From the IMG/VR virus record IMGVR_UViG_3300032320_002249, positions 24,851 through 88,850 of that record: a stretch of 64,000 nt of DNA; one strand, given 5' to 3'. The notes beneath the pieces are model-generated. The model saw only the letters and a list, made by a program, of their open reading frames with translations. It did no database searches and was not told where the DNA came from. The translations under genes were made by a program, and so were the position numbers. Positions 16,788 through 24,244 of this stretch are shown here, one piece after another; the stretch's first letter is position 1; each line of letters begins with the position of its first letter. Source of the DNA: a virus (Duplodnaviria; Caudoviricetes).

Positions 16788-16943
16788 ATGAAAACGATCT
16801 ATGTGACCATCAAGGTTCAGATTGAGTCTGATGCTGATGCCCATGAGACCATCCAGGAATGTGACTACTCCATGACAGGAGAGGGTATCCTTGGAACGGA
16901 GATCATCTCAGTAACAGACGAACACGATGTTTCTGTCTTCTGA
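16788..16943 (+). CDS. Small hypothetical protein
   Basis: AGGA RBS; start placed after the cassette at 16705. Confidence 0.7.
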   Translation: MKTIYVTIKVQIESDADAHETIQECDYSMTGEGILGTEIISVTDEHDVSVF

Positions 16944-17023
16944 GGACGGTTTCTGAACTGGCACAGGGACATCCAGTGTGGTGTCCCAGCTGCTAGGATT
17001 ACCTCAGTTCACACGATCCAGTG

Positions 17024-17194
17024 ATGACCACCACTGACTACAGCTGGGCAGAGAACGCCATGCGCTGCTCTGCTGTTCGGGCACAGTCCCTGGTGCCTTA
17101 TGAGGCACAATCCTGGGCACACTACAGACTGCAGCGGGAGCGTGATACCCTGCGGGCCTTGATTGATCTGCATGTTCGCCTACACCCCTGCTGA
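17024..17194 (+). CDS. Small hypothetical protein (56 aa)
   Basis: Manual ORF between the cassettes at 16943 and 17200. Confidence 0.6.
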   Translation: MTTTDYSWAENAMRCSAVRAQSLVPYEAQSWAHYRLQRERDTLRALIDLHVRLHPC

Positions 17195-17283
17195 GTTCAT
17201 GGACGGTCGCTGAACTGGCACAAGGGGCCTTGAGTAACCCCCAAGGCCCATCTATTCTGAATCTGTTCTTGAGGAATCAAACG

Positions 17284-17946
17284 ATGGTGAAGTTCATCCT
17301 TCGGATTGAAGAGCACGAAGAGTATGGCGGTTTGGGTATTGTTTTCAATACCGGCCGGGACTATTTTCAGCCTGCTCTCGATGGTGACATTCTTGCCCAT
17401 GACATTCTGGAGCATCCTGTTACTCCACATTCCAATGGTTACATTGACGAATTGATGGCTTTTGGAGGTATTATTGCAGGGAGAATTACGACTGGTTGGA
17501 TGACAAGATACGGCAGAAGAGCTACTACTAATTGGATTGTTGATGATGTAAGATCTCTAGCAGATGCTGCCCTAAATGCTGAAGATAACGTCTGCCCAGA
17601 GATTTGCACAAGTTATCTGCAAGATAGCGACCTGATGGATGTGATCAAAACGAACGTTCATAAGGGACTTTTGGACGCAGTGAATGAATACGAAGACGAA
17701 GACTATACACGCATCCCAGCAGAGTACGATTATGATCTGGAATCTATTGTCGGTTGGATCTGTCGTGGTTACCAACTATACAGAAAAAGGTTCGGAAACA
17801 ACGTTTATGATGTATCCAATCACCTCTTTGATAAGATCTCGCTAGTATGCAATGACTGGTTGAAAGTTGCAGAAGAGGGAGACTTTGCCGAACTCATTAT
17901 CAACTTTTCCAGCCTCAATGCAGAATTGATCCGCGAAGAGGTTTGA
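17284..17946 (+). CDS. Acidic hypothetical protein with an AHDILEH...DELMA motif (possible metal-binding enzyme)
   Basis: H-x3-EH motif plus a downstream Glu; GAGG RBS after the cassette at 17200. Confidence 0.75.
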   Translation: MVKFILRIEEHEEYGGLGIVFNTGRDYFQPALDGDILAHDILEHPVTPHSNGYIDELMAFGGIIAGRITTGWMTRYGRRATTNWIVDDVRSLADAALNAEDNVCPEICTSYLQDSDLMDVIKTNVHKGLLDAVNEYEDEDYTRIPAEYDYDLESIVGWICRGYQLYRKRFGNNVYDVSNHLFDKISLVCNDWLKVAEEGDFAELIINFSSLNAELIREEV

Positions 17947-18007
17947 CAACTCGGGAGATCTAGTCTAGGATTAGGTCTCCCACTCTCCCCGCAATTCTTC
18001 AATCTCG

Positions 18008-18205
18008 ATGGACTCTCAACAATTTCTCTATGAAACTTATCGCAAGTTTCAACAAGACAATAAGCACCAAAGAATGGGTCAGTTTTACTACAACCAGTTC
18101 AGGGATCAGTTTCCTAACATAGAAGTTCCTGAGGAAGCTGATTGTTACTATGATGACAAAAAGCTAGTGATTTTCTGTATCTTTGTTGGAAACCAGACAC
18201 TCTGA
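18008..18205 (+). CDS. Small hypothetical protein
   Basis: TTGACA-17-TAGGAT promoter at 17943; stop codon inside palindrome 1 at 18194. Confidence 0.7.
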   Translation: MDSQQFLYETYRKFQQDNKHQRMGQFYYNQFRDQFPNIEVPEEADCYYDDKKLVIFCIFVGNQTL

Positions 18206-18276
18206 CAACTGGCACAAGGGGCCTTGATCTACTGGCAAGGCCCTGCAAGGATAGGTTATCCCAAAGGAGGTTCCTC

Positions 18277-18507
18277 ATACCCATCAAACACATTCTCGCT
18301 TCCTGTATTTCTTGTGCTGATGATAAAGGCACAATTTCCTATGGGTTAGCTCTTACTCTTGTGGAGCACTATAACCTGACCGATCAATTCCAAACCGAAT
18401 TCGGTATAGCTGGAGACTGGGAAGATGTAGTGGATGATTCACCTATTGGGCTTGACCTGGGAGAGTTAATTTTGTGGATTTCTGATCGTACCACTCTCAA
18501 CCGATAA
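18277..18507 (+). pseudogene. 76-codon reading frame beginning with ATA behind a strong RBS (mutated or non-canonical start)
   Basis: AAAGGAGGTTCCTC-ATA-CCC... stays open to TAA at 18505 and fills exactly the space between two cassettes. Confidence 0.55.
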
Positions 18508-18585
18508 GCAACACTTATCATTCAGGGGTTGACAGGATCAGCCCCATGCCCTATTCTAAGGAAGTCAACCAAGGGAGGTTTCCCA

Positions 18586-18708
18586 ATGACCAGTTTCCAT
18601 TTTCGTTCTGTCTGCGATCTCCAGACTCGCCGCCTCATGTGGATCAATGAGGAAGGCAAGATTGCAGAAGCCTGGGAGTGGGCTGCAATCTGCCGTAGGA
18701 TGTCCTGA
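18586..18708 (+). CDS. Small hypothetical peptide (40 aa)
   Basis: TTGACA-17-TATTCT promoter and GGGAGG RBS. Confidence 0.65.
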   Translation: MTSFHFRSVCDLQTRRLMWINEEGKIAEAWEWAAICRRMS

Positions 18709-18766
18709 ATCATCTCCGGGGGATGCTACAATCATCCCCTATTCCTCATTCCTTCGCTATCTGATC

Positions 18767-19117
18767 ATGGCAGTTTATCTCAACACCTACGAAACCTGGG
18801 AAGCCTATGGCGGCCCTGAGGAAGGTGGATGGTGGTATGAGTGTGGTTCTCCAGTTCAGTCTCTCCTAATCTCTCACGATGATTATGAGGAATGGATGGA
18901 AAACGCAACCGATGAGTTGCTTTCTATGCGTGAAAAAGCAACCTATAACTACACCCAAGGCCAGGCCCCCACTCCAATCAAGAATGGTATGGGAGGTTAT
19001 ACTTTCGTCCTGGGTAGTGATACCCCTTCAACCTACCAACGGGATAACAGCTTTAATTCATGCTTCGAGGAGCATTTTGCAGAGCCTTATCCTAAGGAAA
19101 GGCCCCACTACTGCTGA
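18767..19117 (+). CDS. Conserved phage protein with a YGGPEEGGWWY motif
   Basis: The motif is recalled as recurrent in phage early genes; start moved to ATG 18767. Confidence 0.75.
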   Translation: MAVYLNTYETWEAYGGPEEGGWWYECGSPVQSLLISHDDYEEWMENATDELLSMREKATYNYTQGQAPTPIKNGMGGYTFVLGSDTPSTYQRDNSFNSCFEEHFAEPYPKERPHYC

Positions 19118-19150
19118 TTCATTCAATCCACAAATACAGGAAGTTTCCTC

Positions 19151-19639
19151 ATGCTTACCGGATCCAGTCTCCTCTCTATTCATTCTCTCGATCTTCCCCT
19201 TAAAGAAAAGACTATCAGGGCTGGATACGGCCCCCGTCCCAATAGAAAAACACCACAGTACACTAGGTATTATGAGAACATCCTAAGAGCAGAAGTGCAA
19301 CGGGATGCAGAGTTGACAGAAGGAAATACAATTGACATGCAAATAGTCAATGCAATTCGAAACAAAAACACTACAACTATTGGAAACAGCAAGATTATAG
19401 TAAATGGAGAAACCGTCAAGGTACATCTCTATTTTGATGAGATTGCCGTTATCTCATACAAAACCAGGAAAGTTCAGGTCTATAGTGTGAACAAGTCCAA
19501 GACTATCAAGACCAGGCTAAACCGAATTCTGATGCACTTCACCGGGACTAAGCTATTCCAAAAAGACCAAAAGTGGTTTATCTCCTCAGCCCTGGAATTA
19601 CATCCGTTTGATTTTATTATGGAAGTTCCCATGATCTGA
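19151..19639 (+). CDS. Cyanophage-type hypothetical protein
   Basis: The C-terminal half (VKVHLY..EIA.I...SKTIKTRLNRIL) resembles a common T4-like cyanophage early family. Confidence 0.7.
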   Translation: MLTGSSLLSIHSLDLPLKEKTIRAGYGPRPNRKTPQYTRYYENILRAEVQRDAELTEGNTIDMQIVNAIRNKNTTTIGNSKIIVNGETVKVHLYFDEIAVISYKTRKVQVYSVNKSKTIKTRLNRILMHFTGTKLFQKDQKWFISSALELHPFDFIMEVPMI

Positions 19640-19726
19640 CCCATAAGCAACACTGATCGTTCAGGGGGTTGACTGGTTCCGGTTTATCCCCTATTCTAAG
19701 AGAGTCAACCAAAGGGAGGTTTCCCC

Positions 19727-20089
19727 GTGATCCGCGACGAAGACTACAAAAAGTATCAGGTTGGTGATCGTACCTTTCCGGGTAAGTTTGCCCCTTATGC
19801 TTGGGTTCCTGTTCAATTCTCCGCACGGTACATCTACTGGCTCAATGAGATGTTTATGGGAGGGATGATTAACCTTCCATTCAATTATCTTCTCTGCCTG
19901 GGTGATTATGCTACCACGATGGATAGCGATGGCGAATACAAGTATGTGGCAGGTTGGAACAAAAAGGCTATTCTTATGAAGGCCCTGAGTGATGAGGAAG
20001 CCAAAGAGTATCAGGAGGCAATTGATGCAGAGGCAGCCTACTTTGCCCATCAGGAAATGAGAGCCGAACAAGGATGGTATGATTATTGA
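19727..20089 (+). CDS. Hypothetical protein (GTG start)
   Basis: Palindrome-2 cassette and GGGAGG RBS. Confidence 0.75.
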   Translation: MIRDEDYKKYQVGDRTFPGKFAPYAWVPVQFSARYIYWLNEMFMGGMINLPFNYLLCLGDYATTMDSDGEYKYVAGWNKKAILMKALSDEEAKEYQEAIDAEAAYFAHQEMRAEQGWYDY

Positions 20090-20261
20090 TTAGATCGAGG
20101 CCCCTTAATCTAGGGGCCTTTTCTTATGAAATCTCGAAGAGATACTATCAGATTATCTTATAGGTCTCAATCATCTCATAAGAACTACTAATCAATCAAC
20201 ACTTGACAAAATCACAAATCCTGGTTATTGTATAAGAGTAAACCACAAAGGAAGGTTTCCA

Positions 20262-20522
20262 ATGGCTGCTGACATCGTTCTGCTCACTAATTCTACCAAA
20301 GAGGTTGGTAAGTATATCGTTTATCACGAATGGGATACGGTTCTTGAATGTGGGGAAATTGACCAATCTACATTTGATACTTTTAAGAAAGCTATTGAAG
20401 GTAGATTGTATTATCATGCACTTGTCTGTCATTGTAAAGGCGAAATGGATGAGGTTGATAAACAGCTGGAGTCTGATTATGAAGAATACAAGAAAGAGTG
20501 GGGCAATACTTATAGCGAATGA
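20262..20522 (+). CDS. Small acidic hypothetical protein
   Basis: Follows module copy 1 (TTGACA-17-TATTGT promoter, AGGAAGG RBS). Confidence 0.75.
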   Translation: MAADIVLLTNSTKEVGKYIVYHEWDTVLECGEIDQSTFDTFKKAIEGRLYYHALVCHCKGEMDEVDKQLESDYEEYKKEWGNTYSE

Positions 20523-20609
20523 CCCATAAGCAACGCTGATCGTTCTGGGGGTTGACCTGATCCGGTTGATCCCCTATTCTGTAGAAGTCAACCAAAGGGA
20601 GGTTCCCCG

Positions 20610-20924
20610 ATGTTCACCGCACACGATTACACCAAAGAACTCTGTAAAGTTCTGGAGGATAACTACACTTCCTACAATAATGGGAAGGGTGGTTATACTT
20701 TCACAATCGAAGAGGGTAAGAAATACCTCAAAGTTATCATGCACACTGAGAGAGGGAGCGGCTCAGTTCATTGTTTCGTTGACAAGAATACAGGCGAAGT
20801 CTACAAGCCCCAGTCATGGAAAGGTCCTGCAAAGATCGTTCGTTTCTGTCTACTCAATGAAGAATCCCGCAAAGAGTGTTTTGAGCGGGCAGACTGGGCC
20901 GGCGGATACCTCTATCTGAGATAG
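20610..20924 (+). CDS. Conserved cyanophage hypothetical protein
   Basis: SVHCFVDKNTGEVYKPQSWKGPAK...ADWAGGYLYLR motif, recalled from T4-like cyanophage early genes. Confidence 0.85.
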   Translation: MFTAHDYTKELCKVLEDNYTSYNNGKGGYTFTIEEGKKYLKVIMHTERGSGSVHCFVDKNTGEVYKPQSWKGPAKIVRFCLLNEESRKECFERADWAGGYLYLR

Positions 20925-21004
20925 TTACAGAATGTTAAGCGGACCCCTCCGGGTCCGCTCGTTCCATGCTAGGATTCCAGAGTCAACCACAGGGAGGTTC
21001 CCCG

Positions 21005-21439
21005 ATGCGTATCCACACCACCAGCAACTATCTCAACCACTGCAAGTTGCAGATGGATTCCATCTTCCGGTCGGCAATACATCACATGCCGACTGCTATT
21101 GAACTCCGCGAAGAGTTCAATAAAGTGTATTCGTCGGATCAGTTCACTCGGATGCCTGATTGGGCTAAGAGTTCTGTGAGACAGCATCACAAACAAATCC
21201 TGCAAAGGATCTACCGGGAGCACACAATGCAGCTTTATGTTCTCCCGAACGGTGATAAAGTTATCACTCAAGGGGCCTGGGATTCGTTTCCCGAAGAGGT
21301 GAGAGAATCTGCCCGGACTGGTGGTAAGTTGCCTCTCAAGTTCTTTTGGTGTGAAATAAAAGAAACCTGCACCCAGAATGGTGTAGTCACCCGTACTTCG
21401 ACTCCCACCGATAAAGTCTATTATGAATCGGTGGAATGA
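21005..21439 (+). CDS. Hypothetical protein
   Basis: GGGAGG RBS before ATG 21005; terminator at 21448. Confidence 0.75.
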   Translation: MRIHTTSNYLNHCKLQMDSIFRSAIHHMPTAIELREEFNKVYSSDQFTRMPDWAKSSVRQHHKQILQRIYREHTMQLYVLPNGDKVITQGAWDSFPEEVRESARTGGKLPLKFFWCEIKETCTQNGVVTRTSTPTDKVYYESVE

Positions 21440-21608
21440 GTAGACCGAGGCCCCTTAATCTAGGGGCCTTTTCTTTATAGAATCTCGAAGAGATACTATC
21501 AGATAATCTTATAGGTCTCAATCATCTCATAAGAAATCTCAATCAATCAACACTTGACAATCTCTCAATTCTCAATTATTCTAAGATAGTCAACAAAGGG
21601 GTTTCCTA

Positions 21609-21863
21609 ATGTTTCAGCTTCGATTCTATTGTTTGGATCCTGACGGAACACTTGACTATGTTGTAGATGGTGAATACATTGCCATAGAACATGCACAATA
21701 CCGGGTAGAACATTCTGGAAGTATGTGGTACTTCTATCCGTTCCCGGTTGTCTTTGTTGATGGCAAGTTTCACTCTGTTCTTTATACTCCATCGGAGGCA
21801 TCTTGTGTTAACCTTATGTCTGACGGTTTGTCTATCAAGAATCGTTTGGAGGCTCTTAGATAA
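21609..21863 (+). CDS. Hypothetical protein
   Basis: Follows module copy 2. Confidence 0.7.
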   Translation: MFQLRFYCLDPDGTLDYVVDGEYIAIEHAQYRVEHSGSMWYFYPFPVVFVDGKFHSVLYTPSEASCVNLMSDGLSIKNRLEALR

Positions 21864-21943
21864 GCAACACTGATCGTTCTGGGGGTTGACCTGATCCGGT
21901 TGATCCCCTATTCTAAGAAAGTCAATCAAAGGGAGGTTCCCTA

Positions 21944-22069
21944 ATGTCGTTTCCGTTTCTTGATGATAAGCAAGTCGAAGAATTGGAGCAATTCGGTATG
22001 GTTGAATGGACTGAAGAACTACAGGAAAGGATCAAAGATCACTACAAGATTGTGGAAGAGAAAGAATAA
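21944..22069 (+). CDS. Small acidic peptide (41 aa)
   Basis: Manual ORF with a GGGAGG RBS between a cassette and a terminator. Confidence 0.65.
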   Translation: MSFPFLDDKQVEELEQFGMVEWTEELQERIKDHYKIVEEKE

Positions 22070-22238
22070 TCAACTGCCCCCCCAATCTAGGGGGCTTTCT
22101 TTATAGAATCTCGAAGAGATCCTATCAGATAATCTTATGAGTCTTCATTCATCTCATAAGAAATCTCAATCAATCAACACTTGACAGGATCTCAACGATC
22201 CCCTATTCTGTAGAAGTCAAGCAAAGGGAGGTTCCCTG

Positions 22239-22448
22239 ATGTCTGCTCAAGGTCATGCAACAGCTGGAGACTTTAGCAGCTGGCAAGCACAAGCTAAGCA
22301 AATGACAGCAGCACAGCTACACTGGACGATCGAAGATTGCCGAAAGGCAATGTGTGCCATGAGTGGCTGGAATCCGGTGAGGGAAGGATACTATAAAGAC
22401 CAAATGCTAACCTATGCAGACGAGGCAAGACGCCGCAGGTCAGTATAA
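22239..22448 (+). CDS. Hypothetical protein
   Basis: Follows module copy 3; terminator at 22454-22478. Confidence 0.75.
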   Translation: MSAQGHATAGDFSSWQAQAKQMTAAQLHWTIEDCRKAMCAMSGWNPVREGYYKDQMLTYADEARRRRSV

Positions 22449-22588
22449 GAAACGGCCCCCAACTCTGGGGCCTTTCTTTATACTTTGGGATTCTCAGGAA
22501 GTCTTAAGGTTTCAGGTCTCGCACCGGGCCTCCCGGTGCCCTATACTGTGGAGGTCCCCACCGCCCCGGCAGGTTGCCGGGTAACACC

Positions 22589-23191
22589 ATGGCCCAGACC
22601 TTCACCGTCACCAGCCGCCGCGATGGCACCACCAGCTTTGATTCCGACCTGAGCGACGCTCAGGTTCAGGCGGCACTTGCGGCCGTGCGCGGCGACTTCG
22701 CCGCTTCCCTGCTGCGGCAGTGGGGCCGCCTGAGCACGGCTCAGCTGGCGTGGGCTCACAAGCTGGCGTTGCAGGTCACGGCGCCGGCTGCTGCGCCGGC
22801 TGGCGATTCTCAGCTGGCGGGGCTGTTCGCTCCGTTCGATCATGCCCGCCAGGGTGGCAGGAAGCGTCTGGCGATTCGGACGCCAGACGCTATCCTAAAG
22901 CCCAGTAAGTGCGGGGATTATCTGTACGTCTCAGATCCAAACAATACCGAGCCCGGTTATTACGGGTCGCAGCCCCGATACCTTGGCAAGGTGAGCCGCC
23001 AGGGTGTAACGAACTGCTCTGCAGAGGTTGCAGATAACCTTCGCCTGATTGCAGCAGACCCGCTATCGGCGGCGGTGGCCTACGGTAGGCTCACAGGATC
23101 CTGCAGCATCTGCGCTAGAACGTTGACCGATCCGGTCAGTATTGAGAGGGGGATCGGTCCCATCTGCGCTGATAATTATGGGTTGCTTTGA
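22589..23191 (+). CDS. DUF6011-like zinc-finger domain protein
   Basis: C-terminal YGRLTGSCSICARTLTDPVSIERGIGPICA (C-x2-C...LTD..S...GIGP.C); GC-rich codons. Confidence 0.75.
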   Translation: MAQTFTVTSRRDGTTSFDSDLSDAQVQAALAAVRGDFAASLLRQWGRLSTAQLAWAHKLALQVTAPAAAPAGDSQLAGLFAPFDHARQGGRKRLAIRTPDAILKPSKCGDYLYVSDPNNTEPGYYGSQPRYLGKVSRQGVTNCSAEVADNLRLIAADPLSAAVAYGRLTGSCSICARTLTDPVSIERGIGPICADNYGLL

Positions 23192-23201
23192 GTAGCCTAT
23201 C

Positions 23202-23227
23202 GGCCCCCAATCCGGGGGCCTTTCTTT
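23202..23227 (+). terminator. Intrinsic terminator
   Basis: GGCCCCC-AATCC-GGGGGCC followed by TTTCTTT. Confidence 0.8.
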
Positions 23228-23335
23228 ATGTTTTCGCCCCTGCTGGCAGGATTCTCACCATCTTTTAAGGTTTCGGGGCTGGCAAGCCCCCCCCCGTGCC
23301 TTATACTGTATAAGTCAACCAACGGGACACCCCCC

Positions 23336-23677
23336 ATGGCTCGCAAGATCATCCCCACCGCTCCCCAGGCCGTCGCTGACGCGGCAGAGGCTTACCGCGT
23401 CGCGCTGGAAGTGTTTGACGCGGCAGAGGCCGCGAAGGTTGCCGCTGCTGCAGCCCTGCTGCAGGCTATGCAGGCTGCAGCCCTGACTAGCGCCCGTGCC
23501 GAGGCCGGCACGGTTTCGGTTATCCCTGGTCGCACAAGTATTAAGATCGTTGATGATGCTTTGGAAGCTGAAATCGAGGCCAAGAAAGCAAGAATCGCGG
23601 CAATTATTGTCGCCGCAGTAAAGAAAGGGAAGGCGAAAGAATCGCAGGGTTCGCCCTACGTTAAGATGAACCGCTGA
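23336..23677 (+). CDS. Ala-rich helical hypothetical protein
   Basis: ATG 23336 after a TATACT -10 at 23302; GC-rich. Confidence 0.7.
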   Translation: MARKIIPTAPQAVADAAEAYRVALEVFDAAEAAKVAAAAALLQAMQAAALTSARAEAGTVSVIPGRTSIKIVDDALEAEIEAKKARIAAIIVAAVKKGKAKESQGSPYVKMNR

Positions 23678-23711
23678 ACATAACCGGGGGAGGGCAATCC
23701 TCCCCTATTCT

Positions 23712-23880
23712 TATACCTATCAAGATCGCTGATAGGTATAAGGCAGACCCATCAGCGATGCTGATCGATCAGCAATGCTGATCTGTCAGTGTCTGACAGA
23801 TAAGCGGCCCTTATGGGCCGCGCCCTGCGGGGCCATGCCCATATAAAAACTAAAGGGTCCTCCTAAGCTATATGCGGACC
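23712..23880. other. Cluster of adjacent perfect inverted repeats (candidate origin, operator array or structured RNA)
   Basis: TATACCTATCA-7-TGATAGGTATA; TGCTGATCGATCAGCA; ATCTGTCAG-3-CTGACAGAT; GCGGCCC-4-GGGCCGC; GGTCC-15-GGACC; no ORF. Confidence 0.75.
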
Positions 23881-24070
23881 AGAGCGAGCTTTAAATATAA
23901 CGAATAATAAAAAAATTTTTCAAGAACAAAATATATAAAAACCAATGGATCCCCCAAGATATAAAAGTAAATATTGACTGTATAATATAAATCAAAACAA
24001 AAATTTCCCCAGGTAAAAAATTTCCCCCAGGATTCGCATATATAATACGAAATTTACCATTAACCAGATA

Positions 24071-24244
24071 ATGAAAAAAAAGAATAGATTTACCTCTACC
24101 TTGCAATCCGACCCGATTTCTGGTGAAATTTTTATTGCCATACCAGAAAAAATTCTAAATGATTTGGAGTGGTATGAGGACACCGAGATAGAAATAGAAA
24201 TAGAAGCAGGCGATCTAATTATAAAAGAAAGCAAAAATGGATGA
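24071..24244 (+). CDS. AbrB/MazE/SpoVT-like small DNA-binding protein (57 aa)
   Basis: Manual ORF MKKKNRFTSTLQSDPISGEIFIAIPEKILNDLEWYEDTEIEIEIEAGDLIIKE; the I.IP..I...L.W..G/D..I.I....G.LII pattern is typical of the swapped-hairpin fold. Missed by the ORF track. Confidence 0.7.
   Translation: MKKKNRFTSTLQSDPISGEIFIAIPEKILNDLEWYEDTEIEIEIEAGDLIIKESKNG

Larger units (their letters stand above)
4712..18215 (+). promoter_or_regulatory. Palindrome 1 (GTGNCAGTT-N4-AACTGNCAC) plus hairpin promoter cassettes, 21 copies
   Basis: Copies start at 4712, 5443, 5841, 6630, 8152, 8934, 9207, 9364, 9996, 10540, 12238, 13528, 14231, 14511, 15134, 15654, 16234, 16705, 16943, 17200 and 18194 (degenerate copy near 7013). 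In the 11 copies measured, the centre lies 46.5-47.5 bp upstream of the last base of a TANNNT-type -10 box. Confidence 0.9.
20098..22186 (+). repeat. Three copies of a terminator-to-promoter module of about 110 bp
   Basis: Copies at 20098-20208, 21448-21559 and 22076-22186: GGCCCC-stem terminator + GAATCTCGAAGAGAT(A/C)CTATCAGAT(A/T)ATCTTAT...CTCATAAGAA...CAATCAATCAACACTTGACA. Confidence 0.9.
10958..23815 (+). promoter_or_regulatory. Palindrome 2 ((C/G/T)ATMAG-N5-CTKAT(C/G/A)) promoter cassettes
   Basis: Promoter-proximal copies at 10958, 12741, 18503, 19642, 20177, 20525, 21528, 21859 and 22155, with degenerate copies at 22492 and 23253, are centred 46-47 bp upstream of the end of the -10 box. 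Extra upstream copies lie at 20146, 21497 and 22123, and four more at 23718, 23750, 23767 and 23799. Confidence 0.8.

Noticed and set aside
4712-18215. True integron (attC array)
   Set aside because: The palindrome lacks the RYYYAAC...GTTRRRY arrangement, no integrase is present, and its fixed distance to the -10 box points to a transcriptional role.
187-23583. Numerous minus-strand and alternate-frame ORFs in the track (e.g. 187-534, 5897-6451, 9467-10294, 10969-11583, 12225-12743)
   Set aside because: They are shadows of + strand genes that have their own promoters and RBSs, and they show no recognisable motifs.
23891-24234. Minus-strand ORFs 23891-24106 and 23992-24234
   Set aside because: Low-complexity shadows; the + strand AbrB-like ORF 24071-24244 explains the region.
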